A stretch of 64,000 nucleotides of DNA from an uncultured Gemmatimonadales bacterium (GTDB lineage Bacteria > Gemmatimonadota > Gemmatimonadetes > Gemmatimonadales > GWC2-71-9), in NCBI GenBank assembly GCA_963842945.1, contig CAWJIM010000023.1:1-64000 (forward strand). Direction: 5' to 3'. The notes below the pieces were generated by a model. The model was not told the DNA's origin. It searched no databases and saw only the letters and a list, made by a program, of their open reading frames with translations. The first letter of the stretch is position 1, and every line of letters begins with the position of its first letter. Position numbers and translations under genes: made by a program. Positions 10,469 through 22,149 of this stretch are shown here, piece after piece.

Positions 10469-11171
10469 CCACCCGCTGCGGTGTCTCGCCCCGGAACGGC
10501 CACCCGAGCTCCCGCAGGAGTCCCATCGCCAGGTCGTCCCGGTCGGCCGAGGTCACCAGGGTGATGTCCATCCCGTGAATCTTCTCGACCCGGTCGAAAT
10601 CGATCTCCGGGAAGATCATCTGCTCCTTGATCCCGAAGGTGTAGTTCCCCCGCCCATCGAAGCTCCGGTTGGGCAGACCGCGGAAGTCGCGAATCCGGGG
10701 TACCGCGAGGTTGATGAAGCGATCGAGGAACTCGTACATCCGCGCTCCCCGGAGCGTGACCGTGGCGCCGACCGGAATCCCGGCTCGCAGACCGAAGTTG
10801 GCGATGGCCTTCTTGGCCCGGGTGACCACCGCCCTCTGCCCGGTGATCAGTCCCAGCTCCTCGACCGCAGCCTCGAGCTGCTTGGGGTTCTTGCCCGCGT
10901 CGCCCATTCCCACGTTGAGCACGATCTTGACCAGCCGCGGCACCTGGTTCGGGTTGGCCAGGCCGAACTCCTTGGCCAGCCGAGGACGGATCGTCTTCTC
11001 GTAGTACTCCTGCAGCCGAGGCGTTCCCTCAGCCGCCTTGGGCGCATGGTCAACCGCGTCGGCCGGCGCCTTGTCCTTCCCCTTGCCCTTGCCGCCCTGA
11101 GATCCGCCTGCGGCGGGCGCGGTGGCTGTGCCGCCTTTGCCGCCCTTTCCGCCTTCTTTGGTCTCCGCCAT
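10464..11171 (-). CDS. rplE: 50S ribosomal protein L5 with ~50-aa N-terminal extension
   Basis: [29 protein letters not shown]. Confidence 0.96.
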   Translation of the reverse strand: MAETKEGGKGGKGGTATAPAAGGSQGGKGKGKDKAPADAVDHAPKAAEGTPRLQEYYEKTIRPRLAKEFGLANPNQVPRLVKIVLNVGMGDAGKNPKQLEAAVEELGLITGQRAVVTRAKKAIANFGLRAGIPVGATVTLRGARMYEFLDRFINLAVPRIRDFRGLPNRSFDGRGNYTFGIKEQMIFPEIDFDRVEKIHGMDITLVTSADRDDLAMGLLRELGWPFRGETPQRVA

Positions 11172-11173
11172 GA

Positions 11174-11554
11174 CTAACGACTCCTCGGGATCGGCTGATC
11201 GGACTTCAGGGCGATCCGCTCGACGGTTCCATCGGCATCCCGGCGGCGGCGAACCCGGGTTGGCTCACCGCTCTTGGGATCGATCAGCATTGCCTTCGAG
11301 TGATGGATCGGCGCGGCGAACTCGACGATCCCGCCCTCCGCCGTCTGGGTGGCGCGGCGGTGCCGCTTGACCACGTTCACGCCCTCGATCGTCACCCGGC
11401 CGGTCTTGGGATGCACCCGGAGCACCCGGCCCCGCTTCCCCTTGTCCTCGCCCGAGATCACCTGAACGGTGTCACCCTTGGTGATGTGGAGACGCATCCT
11501 GGTCGGCGCCTGGTGGCGAACCCGCTTGGCCTTCTTGAATACCAGCGGCTTCAT
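11174..11554 (-). CDS. rplX: 50S ribosomal protein L24
   Basis: [26 protein letters not shown]. Confidence 0.95.
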   Translation of the reverse strand: MKPLVFKKAKRVRHQAPTRMRLHITKGDTVQVISGEDKGKRGRVLRVHPKTGRVTIEGVNVVKRHRRATQTAEGGIVEFAAPIHHSKAMLIDPKSGEPTRVRRRRDADGTVERIALKSDQPIPRSR

Positions 11555-11555
11555 G

Positions 11556-11924
11556 CTAGAGCACCTCCGGCGCCAGTGAAACGATCTTCATGTAGCGCTT
11601 CTCACGGAGCTCCCGGGCTACCGGCCCGAAGATGCGGGTGGCCCGCGGCTCGCCGGCATCGTTGATCAGCACCGCCGCGTTTTCGTCGAAGCGGATATAG
11701 GAGCCATCCTTCCGCCGGGTCTCCTTGGCGGTTCGCACGATGACCGCCTTGGCGACGTCGCCCTTCTTCACCTGGCCGGTGGGAATCGCGTCCTTGATGG
11801 CGACGACCACGGTGTCGCCCAGGCCGGCATACCGGCGCTTGCTGCCGCCCAGTACCCGGATGACCAGCGCACGGCGGGCGCCGGAATTGTCCGCGATGCG
11901 GAGAATGCTCTCTTGCTGGACCAT
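11556..11924 (-). CDS. rplN: 50S ribosomal protein L14
   Basis: [25 protein letters not shown]. Confidence 0.97.
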   Translation of the reverse strand: MVQQESILRIADNSGARRALVIRVLGGSKRRYAGLGDTVVVAIKDAIPTGQVKKGDVAKAVIVRTAKETRRKDGSYIRFDENAAVLINDAGEPRATRIFGPVARELREKRYMKIVSLAPEVL

Positions 11925-11925
11925 G

Positions 11926-12199
11926 TTACTTCGCCCTCTCCACGATCTCCGTAACCCGCCAACTCACCGTCTTGGCCAGCGGCCGCGTCTCCATGATCCG
12001 CACCGTATCACCCGCCTTGGCGTCCATGTTCGTTCCGCGCCTTCACCTTCTTGGTGCGGGTCACCTGCTTGCCGTACACCGGGTGGGCGTACCGGCGGAC
12101 CAGGGACACGGTCACCGTCTTCTCCATCTTGTCGCTGGTGACCACGCCCTGACGAACCTTGCGGCGGGTGCGAGTGGGAGTCTTCGTCTCTTCGGCCAT
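11926..12199 (-). CDS. rpsQ: 30S ribosomal protein S17 (frameshift near 12025)
   Basis: [18 protein letters not shown], then [15 protein letters not shown] in a second frame. Confidence 0.92.
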
Positions 12200-12209
12200 G
12201 TTTGTTCCT

Positions 12210-12292
12210 GTAGCTCAGGAGCTATGAGTCTAGGAGCTTGGAGCTAGGCATTCGGAGCGGGAGCTTCCAGCTCCTGGCTCCCGGCTCCCACT
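12210..12292. repeat. Heptamer inverted-arm element (GGAGCTA/CCNGCTC), overlapping the rpmC 3' end
   Basis: ggagcta-tgagtcta-ggagctt-ggagcta ... ccagctc-ctggctc-ccggctc. Confidence 0.7.
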
Positions 12293-12470
12293 TCTCCTTC
12301 AAAATCGTCTGGATCCGGGCGATGTCTCGCCGGATTGCCCGGAAGCGCATCGGGTTCTCGATCGACTCGGTGGCCGAGCGGAACCGCAGACGAAACCGCT
12401 CCTCCGTCAGCTCGGCCAGGCGAGTCTGCAGATTCTCCACCGACATGTCGCGCAGCTCGTTCGGCTTCAC
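12222..12470 (-). CDS. rpmC: 50S ribosomal protein L29 (3' end reads into a repeat)
   Basis: [29 protein letters not shown]. Confidence 0.92.
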   Translation of the reverse strand: MKPNELRDMSVENLQTRLAELTEERFRLRFRSATESIENPMRFRAIRRDIARIQTILKEKWEPGARSWKLPLRMPSSKLLDS

Positions 12471-12471
12471 C

Positions 12472-12885
12472 TCAGACCTCCTCACGCTTCACGAAGCGGG
12501 TCTGCACCGGCAGCTTGGCCGAGGCCAGCGCTAGCGCCTTCTTGGCCAGGTCCTCGCTGATCCCCTCGATCTCGAAGAGCACCCGGCCCGGCTTGACCAC
12601 CGCGACCCATCCCTCCGGGTTGCCCTTGCCCTTGCCCATGCGGGTCTCGGCCGGCTTCTTGGTGATCGGCTTGTCCGGGAAGATCCGGATCCAGACCTTG
12701 CCGCCGCGCTTCATCTCGCGGGTCATGGCGACGCGCGACGCCTCGATCTGCCGGTTGGTGATCCAGCCCGGCTCCAGGCTCATCAGCCCGAACTCGCCGA
12801 AAGCCACCGTGTTGCCCCGGGTGGCGATCCCCTTGGTCCGGCCCTTGAACGTCTTGCGGAACTTGATCCGCTTTGGCGCCAGCAT
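12472..12885 (-). CDS. rplP: 50S ribosomal protein L16
   Basis: QIEASR, RIFPDKP, RMGKGKG. Confidence 0.97.
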   Translation of the reverse strand: MLAPKRIKFRKTFKGRTKGIATRGNTVAFGEFGLMSLEPGWITNRQIEASRVAMTREMKRGGKVWIRIFPDKPITKKPAETRMGKGKGNPEGWVAVVKPGRVLFEIEGISEDLAKKALALASAKLPVQTRFVKREEV

Positions 12886-12889
12886 CGCC

Positions 12890-13549
12890 TTAGGCCCCCG
12901 TGCTGTAGGTGCGGCCGGACACGTCTTCGATCACCTCGCCCTTGAAGATCCACACCTTGATCCCGATGGTGCCGTAGGTGGTCTTGGCGGTGCTGGTCGC
13001 GTAGTCGATCTCCGCCCGCAGCGTGTGCAGCGGCACCCGTCCCTCGTGATACCCCTCGGTCCGCGCGATCTCGGCTCCGCCCAGCCGGCCCGCCGCCCGC
13101 ACCTTGATCCCCTGGGCGCCCATCCGCATGGCGCTCTGCACCGCCCGCTTCATGGCCCGGCGGAACGAGATGCGCTGGGTCAGCTGATGGGCGATGTTGT
13201 CGCCGACCAGCTGGGCCGAGAGCTCGGGCCGCTTGATCTCCTCGACGTTGATCGCCGCTTCCTTGCCGGTGAGCTGGGCCAGCTCGTCCCGCAGCTTGTC
13301 CACTTCGGCGCCCCGCTTGCCGATCACCACGCCGGGCCGGCCGGTGTGCACCGTGATGGTCACCTTGCCGGGTCGGCGCTCGATGTGGATCTCCGAGATG
13401 GCCGCGTGCCCCAGCCGGGTCTTGAGGTACTTCCGGATCAGCTCGTCTTCCTTGAGCAGCGCCGGCATCTCCTTGGTGGCGAACCACCGGGAGGAGGACT
13501 GCCTGACGATGCCGAGCCGGAGCCCGATCGGATGCGTCTTCTGACCCAT
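12890..13549 (-). CDS. rpsC: 30S ribosomal protein S3
   Basis: [23 protein letters not shown]. Confidence 0.97.
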   Translation of the reverse strand: MGQKTHPIGLRLGIVRQSSSRWFATKEMPALLKEDELIRKYLKTRLGHAAISEIHIERRPGKVTITVHTGRPGVVIGKRGAEVDKLRDELAQLTGKEAAINVEEIKRPELSAQLVGDNIAHQLTQRISFRRAMKRAVQSAMRMGAQGIKVRAAGRLGGAEIARTEGYHEGRVPLHTLRAEIDYATSTAKTTYGTIGIKVWIFKGEVIEDVSGRTYSTGA

Positions 13550-13905
13550 TACTCGCTCTCCTTGTTCTCCACGTGAATCTCCACGTGGCTGGTGCGCTTC
13601 TTGATCGGGGTGGCCCGGCCCTGGGCCGCCGCGGTGAACCGCTTGAGCGGCTGCCCGCCGTTGACGATCGCCTTCTTCACGAACAGCGCGTCGGCATCGA
13701 AGCTCGCGTTCTCCTTCAGCGCCTTCTGCTCCGCGTTCGCCACCGCCGATTTCAGCGTCTTGGCGATCTGCTTGGCCGCCAGCTTCTTGTTGAACTTGAG
13801 GATGGCGTACGCCTCGTTCACATCCTTGCCCCGGATGAGATCGATGACGAGCCGCATCTTTCTGGGCGACTGGCGCACCAGCCGCTGGATCGCATGGCCG
13901 CTCAT
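13549..13905 (-). CDS. rplV: 50S ribosomal protein L22
   Basis: [26 protein letters not shown]. Confidence 0.96.
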   Translation of the reverse strand: MSGHAIQRLVRQSPRKMRLVIDLIRGKDVNEAYAILKFNKKLAAKQIAKTLKSAVANAEQKALKENASFDADALFVKKAIVNGGQPLKRFTAAAQGRATPIKKRTSHVEIHVENKESE

Positions 13906-13907
13906 GA

Positions 13908-14198
13908 TTACTCCGGCTTGGCTTTCTTGTCGGCCACGATCTTGCCGCTGTGGCCCCGGAAGAGCCGCGTGGGCGCGAACTCGCCGAGCTTGTGGCCCAC
14001 CATGTTCTCGGTGACATACACCGGGACGAACTTGTTCCCGTTGTGCACCGCGAAGGTGTGTCCCACGAACTCGGGCAGAATCGTGCTCGCCCGGCTCCAG
14101 GTCTTCACCACCCGCTTCTCGTTCTTGCTGTTGAGGACCTGGACCTTGGTCATCAACGCTTCCTGAACGAAGGGGCCCTTCTTTACGCTGCGTGCCAT
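13908..14198 (-). CDS. rpsS: 30S ribosomal protein S19
   Basis: [21 protein letters not shown]. Confidence 0.97.
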   Translation of the reverse strand: MARSVKKGPFVQEALMTKVQVLNSKNEKRVVKTWSRASTILPEFVGHTFAVHNGNKFVPVYVTENMVGHKLGEFAPTRLFRGHSGKIVADKKAKPE

Positions 14199-15038
14199 TT
14201 ACGTCGTCGCCCTCCCCCGCTTGCGTCCACGCACAATCATCTTGTTGGAGCCCTTCTTCCGATGCCGGGTCTTCTTGCCCTCGACCTTGCCCCACGGCGA
14301 TGTCGGCGGACGTCCGCCGGAGCTCTTGCCTTCGCCGCCGCCGAGCGGGTGATCGACCGGGTTCATGGCCACACCGCGAACCTTGGGCCGCTTGCCCAGC
14401 CAGCGGCTCTTGCCCGCCTTGCCGACCGAGAGCAGCTCGTGCTCCGCGTTACCGACCTCGCCTACGGTGGCGAGACAGCGGCCGTGGATCAGCCGCATCT
14501 CGGAGGAGCGGAGCCGGAGGGTCACGTAGTCGCCTTCCTTGGCCACCACCTGAGCGCTCGATCCGGCGGTCCGGGCCAGCTGGCCGCCCTTCCCGATCTT
14601 GAGCTCCACGTTGTGCACCTTGGTGCCCAGCGGAATCTCGCCCAGCGGAACCGCGTTGCCGGTGCGGGTGTCCGAGCCCGGACCCGAGACCACGGTATCG
14701 CCCTGCATCAGACCCTTGGGGTGGAGGATGTACCGCTTCTCTCCATCGGCGTACACGATCAGGGCGATCCGGGCGCTCCGGTTCGGATCGTATTCGATCT
14801 CGGCGACCTTTCCCGGAATGCCGAACTTGTTGCGCTTGAAGTCGATCTTCCGGTACTGCCGCTTGTGACCGCCGCCCCGGTGGCGCGAGGTCAGATGGCC
14901 CTGATTATTGCGGCCTCCGGTCCCCCGCTTCGGCTCCAGCAGCGACTTCTCCGGCGTGGACCGGGTGACTTCGTCGAACCCGGAGACGGAGCGGAACCGG
15001 GTGCCCGCCGTCATGGGACGAAATTGTTTGATGCTCAT
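14199..15038 (-). CDS. rplB: 50S ribosomal protein L2
   Basis: [20 protein letters not shown]. Confidence 0.97.
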   Translation of the reverse strand: MSIKQFRPMTAGTRFRSVSGFDEVTRSTPEKSLLEPKRGTGGRNNQGHLTSRHRGGGHKRQYRKIDFKRNKFGIPGKVAEIEYDPNRSARIALIVYADGEKRYILHPKGLMQGDTVVSGPGSDTRTGNAVPLGEIPLGTKVHNVELKIGKGGQLARTAGSSAQVVAKEGDYVTLRLRSSEMRLIHGRCLATVGEVGNAEHELLSVGKAGKSRWLGKRPKVRGVAMNPVDHPLGGGEGKSSGGRPPTSPWGKVEGKKTRHRKKGSNKMIVRGRKRGRATT

Positions 15039-15039
15039 C

Positions 15040-15327
15040 TCAGCCCTCGAACACGGCGATCGAGTCGCCTTCCTTGAGCGTGACGATCGCCTTCTTCCAC
15101 CGCGCCGTGGTGCCGCGGGTGCGACCCCGGGTGACCTCGTGCCGCCGCATCTGCATGGTGCGGACGTCGGTGACGGTCACTCCGAACAGCTTCTGCAGGG
15201 CATCCCGGATCTGATACTTGTTCGCCTCCGGGTGCACCTCGAAGGTGTATTCCTTCCGCGTCTGGTACGCCGCCGAGCTCTTCTCGGTGACCACCGGCCG
15301 GACGACGACCTGATGCAGCGTCGGCAT
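15040..15327 (-). CDS. rplW: 50S ribosomal protein L23
   Basis: [15 protein letters not shown]. Confidence 0.96.
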   Translation of the reverse strand: MPTLHQVVVRPVVTEKSSAAYQTRKEYTFEVHPEANKYQIRDALQKLFGVTVTDVRTMQMRRHEVTRGRTRGTTARWKKAIVTLKEGDSIAVFEG

Positions 15328-16179
15328 TTACTTGGACCCCTTCTTCTTCGGCGCCGATTTCTTGGCCGGCTTGGCCGCGCTCTTTTTGGCGGTCGTCTTC
15401 TTCGTGGCCTTGGCCTTGGCCTTGGCGGCCGGCTTAGCCTTGGTGGCTCGCTTCTTGCTTCGGAGCCGCGGCTTCAGCCCGTTCCGCCCGCTTCTCCTCT
15501 TCCCCGCCTGGCCGCCAGCCGTTCCGCCTTCTCGGCTTCGGTCTCTTCCGGCAGCGGCTCCGGCATGACTCCGGTGAGCGCGCCTTCTTCGACGACCACC
15601 ACATCCGACCAGAGGATGTCGTAGGCCGAGGCCTCGGGATACGCCATGACTTCAACGCTCGGCAGGTTCCGCCCGCTGAGGTAGGCGTTGGCGTTGTGCC
15701 CGGCCGTCAGAACCAGTGCCTTCCGTCCAGCCAGACCGAGGCTGCCCAGCAGATCGACGAGCTGCGCCGTCTTGGGAGCCCGGAACGCCAGACGCTCCAC
15801 CACGTGGAGGGCGCCCTCACGGGCCCGGGCATTGAGCGCGCTCTTCCGCGCCAGCTGCTTCACCTTCCGCGGGATGTCGGTCCGGTAGTCCCGTGGAGTC
15901 GGGCCGAAGACGATGCCACCGCCGCGCCAGTGCGGGGCGCGGATGGAGCCCTGCCGGGCGCGGCCGGTGCCCTTCTGCTTCCAGGGCTTCTGATTGCCGC
16001 CGGAGACGAAGCTCCGGCTCTTGGTCATGTGGGTGCCCTGACGCTGGTTGTTCAGGTACACCTTCACCGCCTGGTGCAGGACCGGCTCGTTCACCGTGCC
16101 GTCGAAATACTCCGCGGGCAGCGCGAAGTTCGCGTCGCGCTTGGCGCCATCGGCCGCTGTAGTGTGGGGCCTCAATCAT
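15328..16179 (-). CDS. rplD: 50S ribosomal protein L4 with long Lys/Ala-rich C-terminal tail (frameshifts near both ends)
   Basis: [22 protein letters not shown]; tail [36 protein letters not shown] ends at a stop abutting the rplW ATG. Confidence 0.93.
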
Positions 16180-16795
16180 GGCGGCTCGGCCCTCCCTGTT
16201 TCGCCACCGTCACGATGCCGTTCTTCGAGCCCGGGATGGCGCCCCGGACGAAGAGCAGGTTCCGCTCGGCGTCCACCCGGACCACCCGAAGACCCAGCTC
16301 GGTGTGCCGCTCCGCGCCCATGTGACCCGGCATCCGCTTGCCCTTGATGACGCGGGACGGGTCGGTGCCCGGGCTGATGGAGCCGGGCTTCCGATGCCGG
16401 GTATTGCCGTGCGTTGCCGGGCCGCCGCCAAAGCCGTAGCGGTGCACCACGCCCTGGAACCCACGACCCTTGGTGGTGCCGGTGACCTTCACCAGCTCGC
16501 CGGGGGCGAAGATGTCCACCTTGACTTCGGCGCCCGGAGCCGGAGCCTCGCCGTTCACCGCGAAGCTCCGCAGCACCTGCGGGGCGGCTTCGAGCCCGGC
16601 CTTCTTGGCGTGACCCAGCTGCGCCTTGCTGGTGCGCTGCGCGCGGCGGGCGCCGAAGCCCAGCTGCACGCCTCCGTCGCGGACCTGCACCACGCGGCAG
16701 GGACCCGCCTCGATGACGGTCACCGGGACCGCGGTTCCGTCCTCGTCGAACACCCGGGTCATGCCGAGCTTGCGGCCAATCAGTCCGATGGTCAT
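16172..16795 (-). CDS. rplC: 50S ribosomal protein L3
   Basis: [24 protein letters not shown]. Confidence 0.96.
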   Translation of the reverse strand: MTIGLIGRKLGMTRVFDEDGTAVPVTVIEAGPCRVVQVRDGGVQLGFGARRAQRTSKAQLGHAKKAGLEAAPQVLRSFAVNGEAPAPGAEVKVDIFAPGELVKVTGTTKGRGFQGVVHRYGFGGGPATHGNTRHRKPGSISPGTDPSRVIKGKRMPGHMGAERHTELGLRVVRVDAERNLLFVRGAIPGSKNGIVTVAKQGGPSRHD

Positions 16796-16797
16796 CG

Positions 16798-17106
16798 CTA
16801 CTCGACCTTGATCTCGACGTCCACGCCGGCCGGCAGATCGAGCTTGGTCAGCGCGTCCATCGTCTGCGGGCGGGAGTCATTGATGTCCATGAGCCGCTTG
16901 TGGGTGCGCAGCTCGAACTGCTCCCGGCTCTTCTTGTCCACGTGCGGGCTCCGCAGCACCGTCCAGCGCTCGGTCTTGACCGGCAAGGGGATCGGGCCCG
17001 AGACCTGCGCGCCGGTCTTCTCGGCGGTGCGCACGATATCCGCGGCGGCCTGGTCGAGGACGACGTGGTCGAAGGCCTTTAGTCGGATCCGGATTTTCTG
17101 GGCCAT
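16798..17106 (-). CDS. rpsJ: 30S ribosomal protein S10
   Basis: [21 protein letters not shown]. Confidence 0.97.
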   Translation of the reverse strand: MAQKIRIRLKAFDHVVLDQAAADIVRTAEKTGAQVSGPIPLPVKTERWTVLRSPHVDKKSREQFELRTHKRLMDINDSRPQTMDALTKLDLPAGVDVEIKVE

Positions 17107-17127
17107 TGGTTGTCTCGCTCTCGCTCG

Positions 17128-18325
<1,198 letters not shown>

Positions 18326-18361
18326 GGTCGCTCTCGTTCCCGTGTCCGGTTGTGTGTGCTG

Positions 18362-18417
18362 GTCGCGAGTCGCGAGTCGTGAGTCTCGCGTGCGGCTGAC
18401 TCGCTGACTCGTCGACT
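18362..18417. repeat. Heptamer inverted-arm element (GTCGCGA/GACTCGC)
   Basis: gtcgcga-gtcgcga-gtcgtga-gtc ... gactcgct-gactcgtc-gact. Confidence 0.8.
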
Positions 18418-20515
18418 AGCTCTTAGCTTTCGAGATGATCTGTTCCGCGATGTTCTTCGGCACTTCCTCGTAGTGATCGAACTGCATCGTGTACACCGCC
18501 CGTCCCTGCGTCATGCTCCGAAGCGTGGTCGAGTAGCCGAACATCTCGGCCAGCGGCACGTCGGCCGCCACCACCTGCGCATCCCCCCGCTGGGTCATGC
18601 CACCGATCTTGCCGCGCCGGCTGGAGAGGTCGCCGATCACGTCGCCCAGGAAGTCGGAGGGGCTCACCACTTCGACTTCCATGACCGGCTCGAGCAGGAT
18701 GGGGTTGGCCATCCGCGCCGCTTCCTTCACCGCCATCGAGCCCGCGATCTTGAACGCCATTTCCGAGCTGTCCACGTCGTGGTAGCTGCCGAACACCAGC
18801 GTGGCCTTCACGTCCACCATCGGGTAGCCGGCCAGCACGCCGTTCTCCAGCGCCTCGCGGATTCCGGCCTCGACCGGCTTGATGAACTCGCGCGGAATGA
18901 CGCCGCCGACGATCTTGTCCTCGAACACGAAGCCGCCGCCCGGCTCGCTCGGCTCGAAGTTGATCACGACGTGGCCGTACTGGCCCTTACCGCCGGACTG
19001 GCGAATGAACTTGCCCTCGACGTTGGTGACCGCCTTCTTGACCGTCTCGCGGAACGCCACCTGCGGCTTGCCGACGTTGGCCTCGACCTTGAACTCCCGC
19101 TTCATCCGGTCGACCAGAATCTCCAGGTGCAGCTCGCCCATGCCGGCGATGATCGTCTGGCCGGTCTCCTGCGTCGGAGCGAACCCGGAAGGTCGGGTCC
19201 TCTTCCTGCAGCTTCTGCAGCGCGGTGGCCAGCTTGTCCTGGTCGGCCTTGGTCTTGGGCTCGATGGCGACGTCGATGACCGGATTGGGGAACTTCATCG
19301 CCTCGAGGATGATCGGCTTGCCCTCGTCGGACAGCGTGTCGCCGGTGCGGGTGTCCTTGAGACCGATGGCCGCGGCGATGTCGCCCGCGAGCACCTCCTC
19401 GATCTCGTCCCGCTTGTTGGCGTGCATCTGCAGCAGCCGGCCGATGCGCTCGCGCTTGTCCTTGGTGCTGTTGTACACGTAGCTGCCGGACTTGAGCGAC
19501 GCCGGAGTACACCCGGAAGAAGGTCAGCCGGCCGACGTAGGGATCGGTGGCCACCTTGAACGCCAGCGCGGAGAACGGCTCCGCATCCGAGGCGCAGCGC
19601 TCGATGTGGGTCTCGTCATGCAGCGGCAGGTGCCCCATGATCGGCGGCACGTCCATCCGGGCTCGGCAGGTAGTCGATCACCGCATCGAGCAGCGCCTGC
19701 ACGCCCTTGTTCTTGAACGAGGCGCCGCAGAGCACCGGGACGATCGACCCGGAGGTGGTCGCCTTCCGGATGGCCCGCTGGATCTCCTCGTAGCTCAGCT
19801 CGGCGCCGCCCAGGTACTTCTCCAGCAGCTCCTCGTCGTGCTCGACCGCGGCCTCGATCACCTCGTGGCGGGCGGCCTCGACCCGCTCCCGATACGCCTC
19901 GGGCACCGGCATCTCGGTAAAGGTCTTGCCCAGGGTCTCGTCGTCGAAGATGATCTCGACCCGCCGGATCACGTCGATATGGCCGGTGAACATCTCGCCT
20001 GAGCCGACCGGGAGCTGGATGGGATAGGCCTTCTTGGTGAGCCGGTCGCGGATCATCGCGAGGCAGCGGTCGAAGTCCGCTCCGACCCGGTCCATCTTGT
20101 TGGCGAAGATGAGCCGGGGGACGCCGTAGCGGTCGGCCTGGCGCCAGACGGTCTCGGTCTGGGGCTCGACGCCGGCCACCGAGTCGAGCAGGGTCACGGC
20201 CCCGTCGAGCACGCGGAGCGAGCGCTCCACCTCGACGGTGAAGTCCACGTGGCCCGGGGTATCGATGATGTTGATCCGGTAGGGAGTGCCGTTCCGGGTC
20301 CAGAAGCAGGTGGTGGCGGCCGAGGTGATGGTGATCCCCCGCTCCTGCTCCTGCTCCATCCAGTCCATGGTGGCGGCGCCCTCGTGGACCTCACCGATCT
20401 TGTAGTTCTTGCCGGTGTAGTAGAGGATCCGCTCGGTCGTAGTCGTCTTCCCGGCATCGATGTGGGCCATGATGCCGATGTTACGGTAGCGATCGAGGGT
20501 CGTCTGTCGGGCCAT
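18416..20515 (-). CDS. fusA: Elongation factor G (frameshifted)
   Basis: [36 protein letters not shown]. Confidence 0.96.
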
Positions 20516-20718
20516 GTCGTTCGTCTCTACGTCTAACGAAAAAGCGGGGCGACCGACCGGGACGATCCCGTGGTATCGCTCCGCGCACATCCGGGCTTTC
20601 GCCCTGGATGAGGATCCCAGCAGGATCCCACGCGTTGTCATTGGAAGATCAGAGGTGGCCGCGGGTCCTGGCGCGGGTCACGTAATCCGATGTTGCCGGC
20701 GTCAAAAAAGCGCCAAGC
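20516..20718 (-). promoter_or_regulatory. Structured 5' leader of fusA with a terminator-like hairpin
   Basis: CATCCAGGGC-GAAA-GCCCGGATG stem and a long GC stem followed by TTTTT about 20 nt before the ATG. Confidence 0.55.
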
Positions 20719-20724
20719 CCGAGG

Positions 20725-20753
20725 AAAATAGTGGGTTAGGAGCAGGGTGTCAA
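20725..20753 (-). promoter_or_regulatory. sigma70-type promoter upstream of fusA
   Basis: TTGACA-17nt-TATTTT. Confidence 0.7.
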
Positions 20754-20851
20754 CCCAGCGATGGGAGCGATCCGGACGAGGACATCGAGAGGGGCGCCTC
20801 TCCTGAAGCGCCCCGCTCCTGCTGCGTCTTCCCCGCCTCTCCCTCGCCGCT

Positions 20852-21322
20852 TTACCAGCGGTAGTGCGCAAACGCCCGGTTCGCTTCCGCCATCCGGTGG
20901 GTGTCTTCCTTCTTCTTGATGGTGTTCCCCTCGCCCTTGGAGGCCAGGATCAGCTCCGCCGCCAGCCGCTCCGCCATGGTCTTCTCGGTGCGGGCACGAG
21001 AGAACGAGATGATCCAGCGCATGGCCAGCGCGGTCCGGCGGTCGGGCCGAACCTCGACCGGCACCTGGAGCGAGGCGCCGCCGACCCGGCGGCTCTTCAC
21101 CTCGAGCGTCGGCTTGGCGTTGTTGACCGCCTGCTTGAAGACCGAGACGCCCGGCTGGCTGGTGCGCTCCTCGATGAGATCCATGGCCGAGTAGAAGATC
21201 CCTTCGGCCACGCTCTTCTTGCCCTCGAACATCAGGTTGTTGACGAACTTGGAGACCGTCTGGCTGTCGTAGCGCGGATCGGGCGGGACCGGCCGCTTGA
21301 CCGACTTGTTCCGCCGACTCAC
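20852..21322 (-). CDS. rpsG: 30S ribosomal protein S7
   Basis: [25 protein letters not shown]. Confidence 0.97.
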   Translation of the reverse strand: MSRRNKSVKRPVPPDPRYDSQTVSKFVNNLMFEGKKSVAEGIFYSAMDLIEERTSQPGVSVFKQAVNNAKPTLEVKSRRVGGASLQVPVEVRPDRRTALAMRWIISFSRARTEKTMAERLAAELILASKGEGNTIKKKEDTHRMAEANRAFAHYRW

Positions 21323-21730
21323 TTACTTGCCTCCCTTGGCTGCCGGCGCGCTCCCCGCGGCCTTGGGCCGCTTGGCGCCGTACTTGGACCGGCTCTTCCG
21401 CCGGTCGTTCACGCCGGCCGAGTCCAGGGTGCCGCGCACGATGTGGTAGCGAACTCCTGGAAGATCCTTCACCCGGCCGCCGCGGATCAGAACGATCGAG
21501 TGCTCCTGAAGGTTGTGCCCTTCACCCGGGATGTACGCCGTGACCTCGAAGCCGTTGGTCAGCCGCACGCGAGCAACCTTCCGAAGCGCCGAGTTCGGCT
21601 TCTTCGGAGTGGTGGTATAGACCCGGGTGCAGACCCCCCGCTTCTGGGGATTGGCCTTGAGGGCCGGCGCCTTGTCTTTGGCCGCGACGTCTTTCCGGCC
21701 GCGCCGGATGAGCTGATTGATAGTCGGCAT
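21323..21730 (-). CDS. rpsL: 30S ribosomal protein S12
   Basis: [28 protein letters not shown]. Confidence 0.97.
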   Translation of the reverse strand: MPTINQLIRRGRKDVAAKDKAPALKANPQKRGVCTRVYTTTPKKPNSALRKVARVRLTNGFEVTAYIPGEGHNLQEHSIVLIRGGRVKDLPGVRYHIVRGTLDSAGVNDRRKSRSKYGAKRPKAAGSAPAAKGGK

Positions 21731-21778
21731 AACCTTGGAGCTTGAGAACTCGAAAGTCCCGTTCCGGGACAGACCGCA

Positions 21779-21807
21779 AATGTAGTGGTGCGAACAGCTT
21801 AGGTCAA
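21779..21807 (-). promoter_or_regulatory. sigma70-type promoter of rpsL
   Basis: TTGACC-17nt-TACATT. Confidence 0.65.
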
Positions 21808-22149
21808 CGTAGGCGCGAAGCGGGTAAGAACGTCCACTGACGCAGCGAAGGACTAGCTCGCTACAACGGCTAGCTGTTAGCCTCTTCGTTCTCCGCTTCC
21901 CCCTTCCGCTCCCGCCTCCCCTCTTCCCGCCGTTTTTTGCCCTCGCGCTGGCTTTTTGAAAGGCTGGACCCCCCACAACCCCGCTGAAAGTCCGCGTTTA
22001 CACTCACTTCGCGGTACGGCCCCCAACTTGCCCCCTCCACGTGAAAGAGCCACCGGCGATGCCGTTGGCGATGGTCAACCACGATAAGCCCAAGTTCGCC
22101 CGCCGCTAGCAATTAATAGCCAGCAGCGAATAGCCCATAGCCAGCGCAC

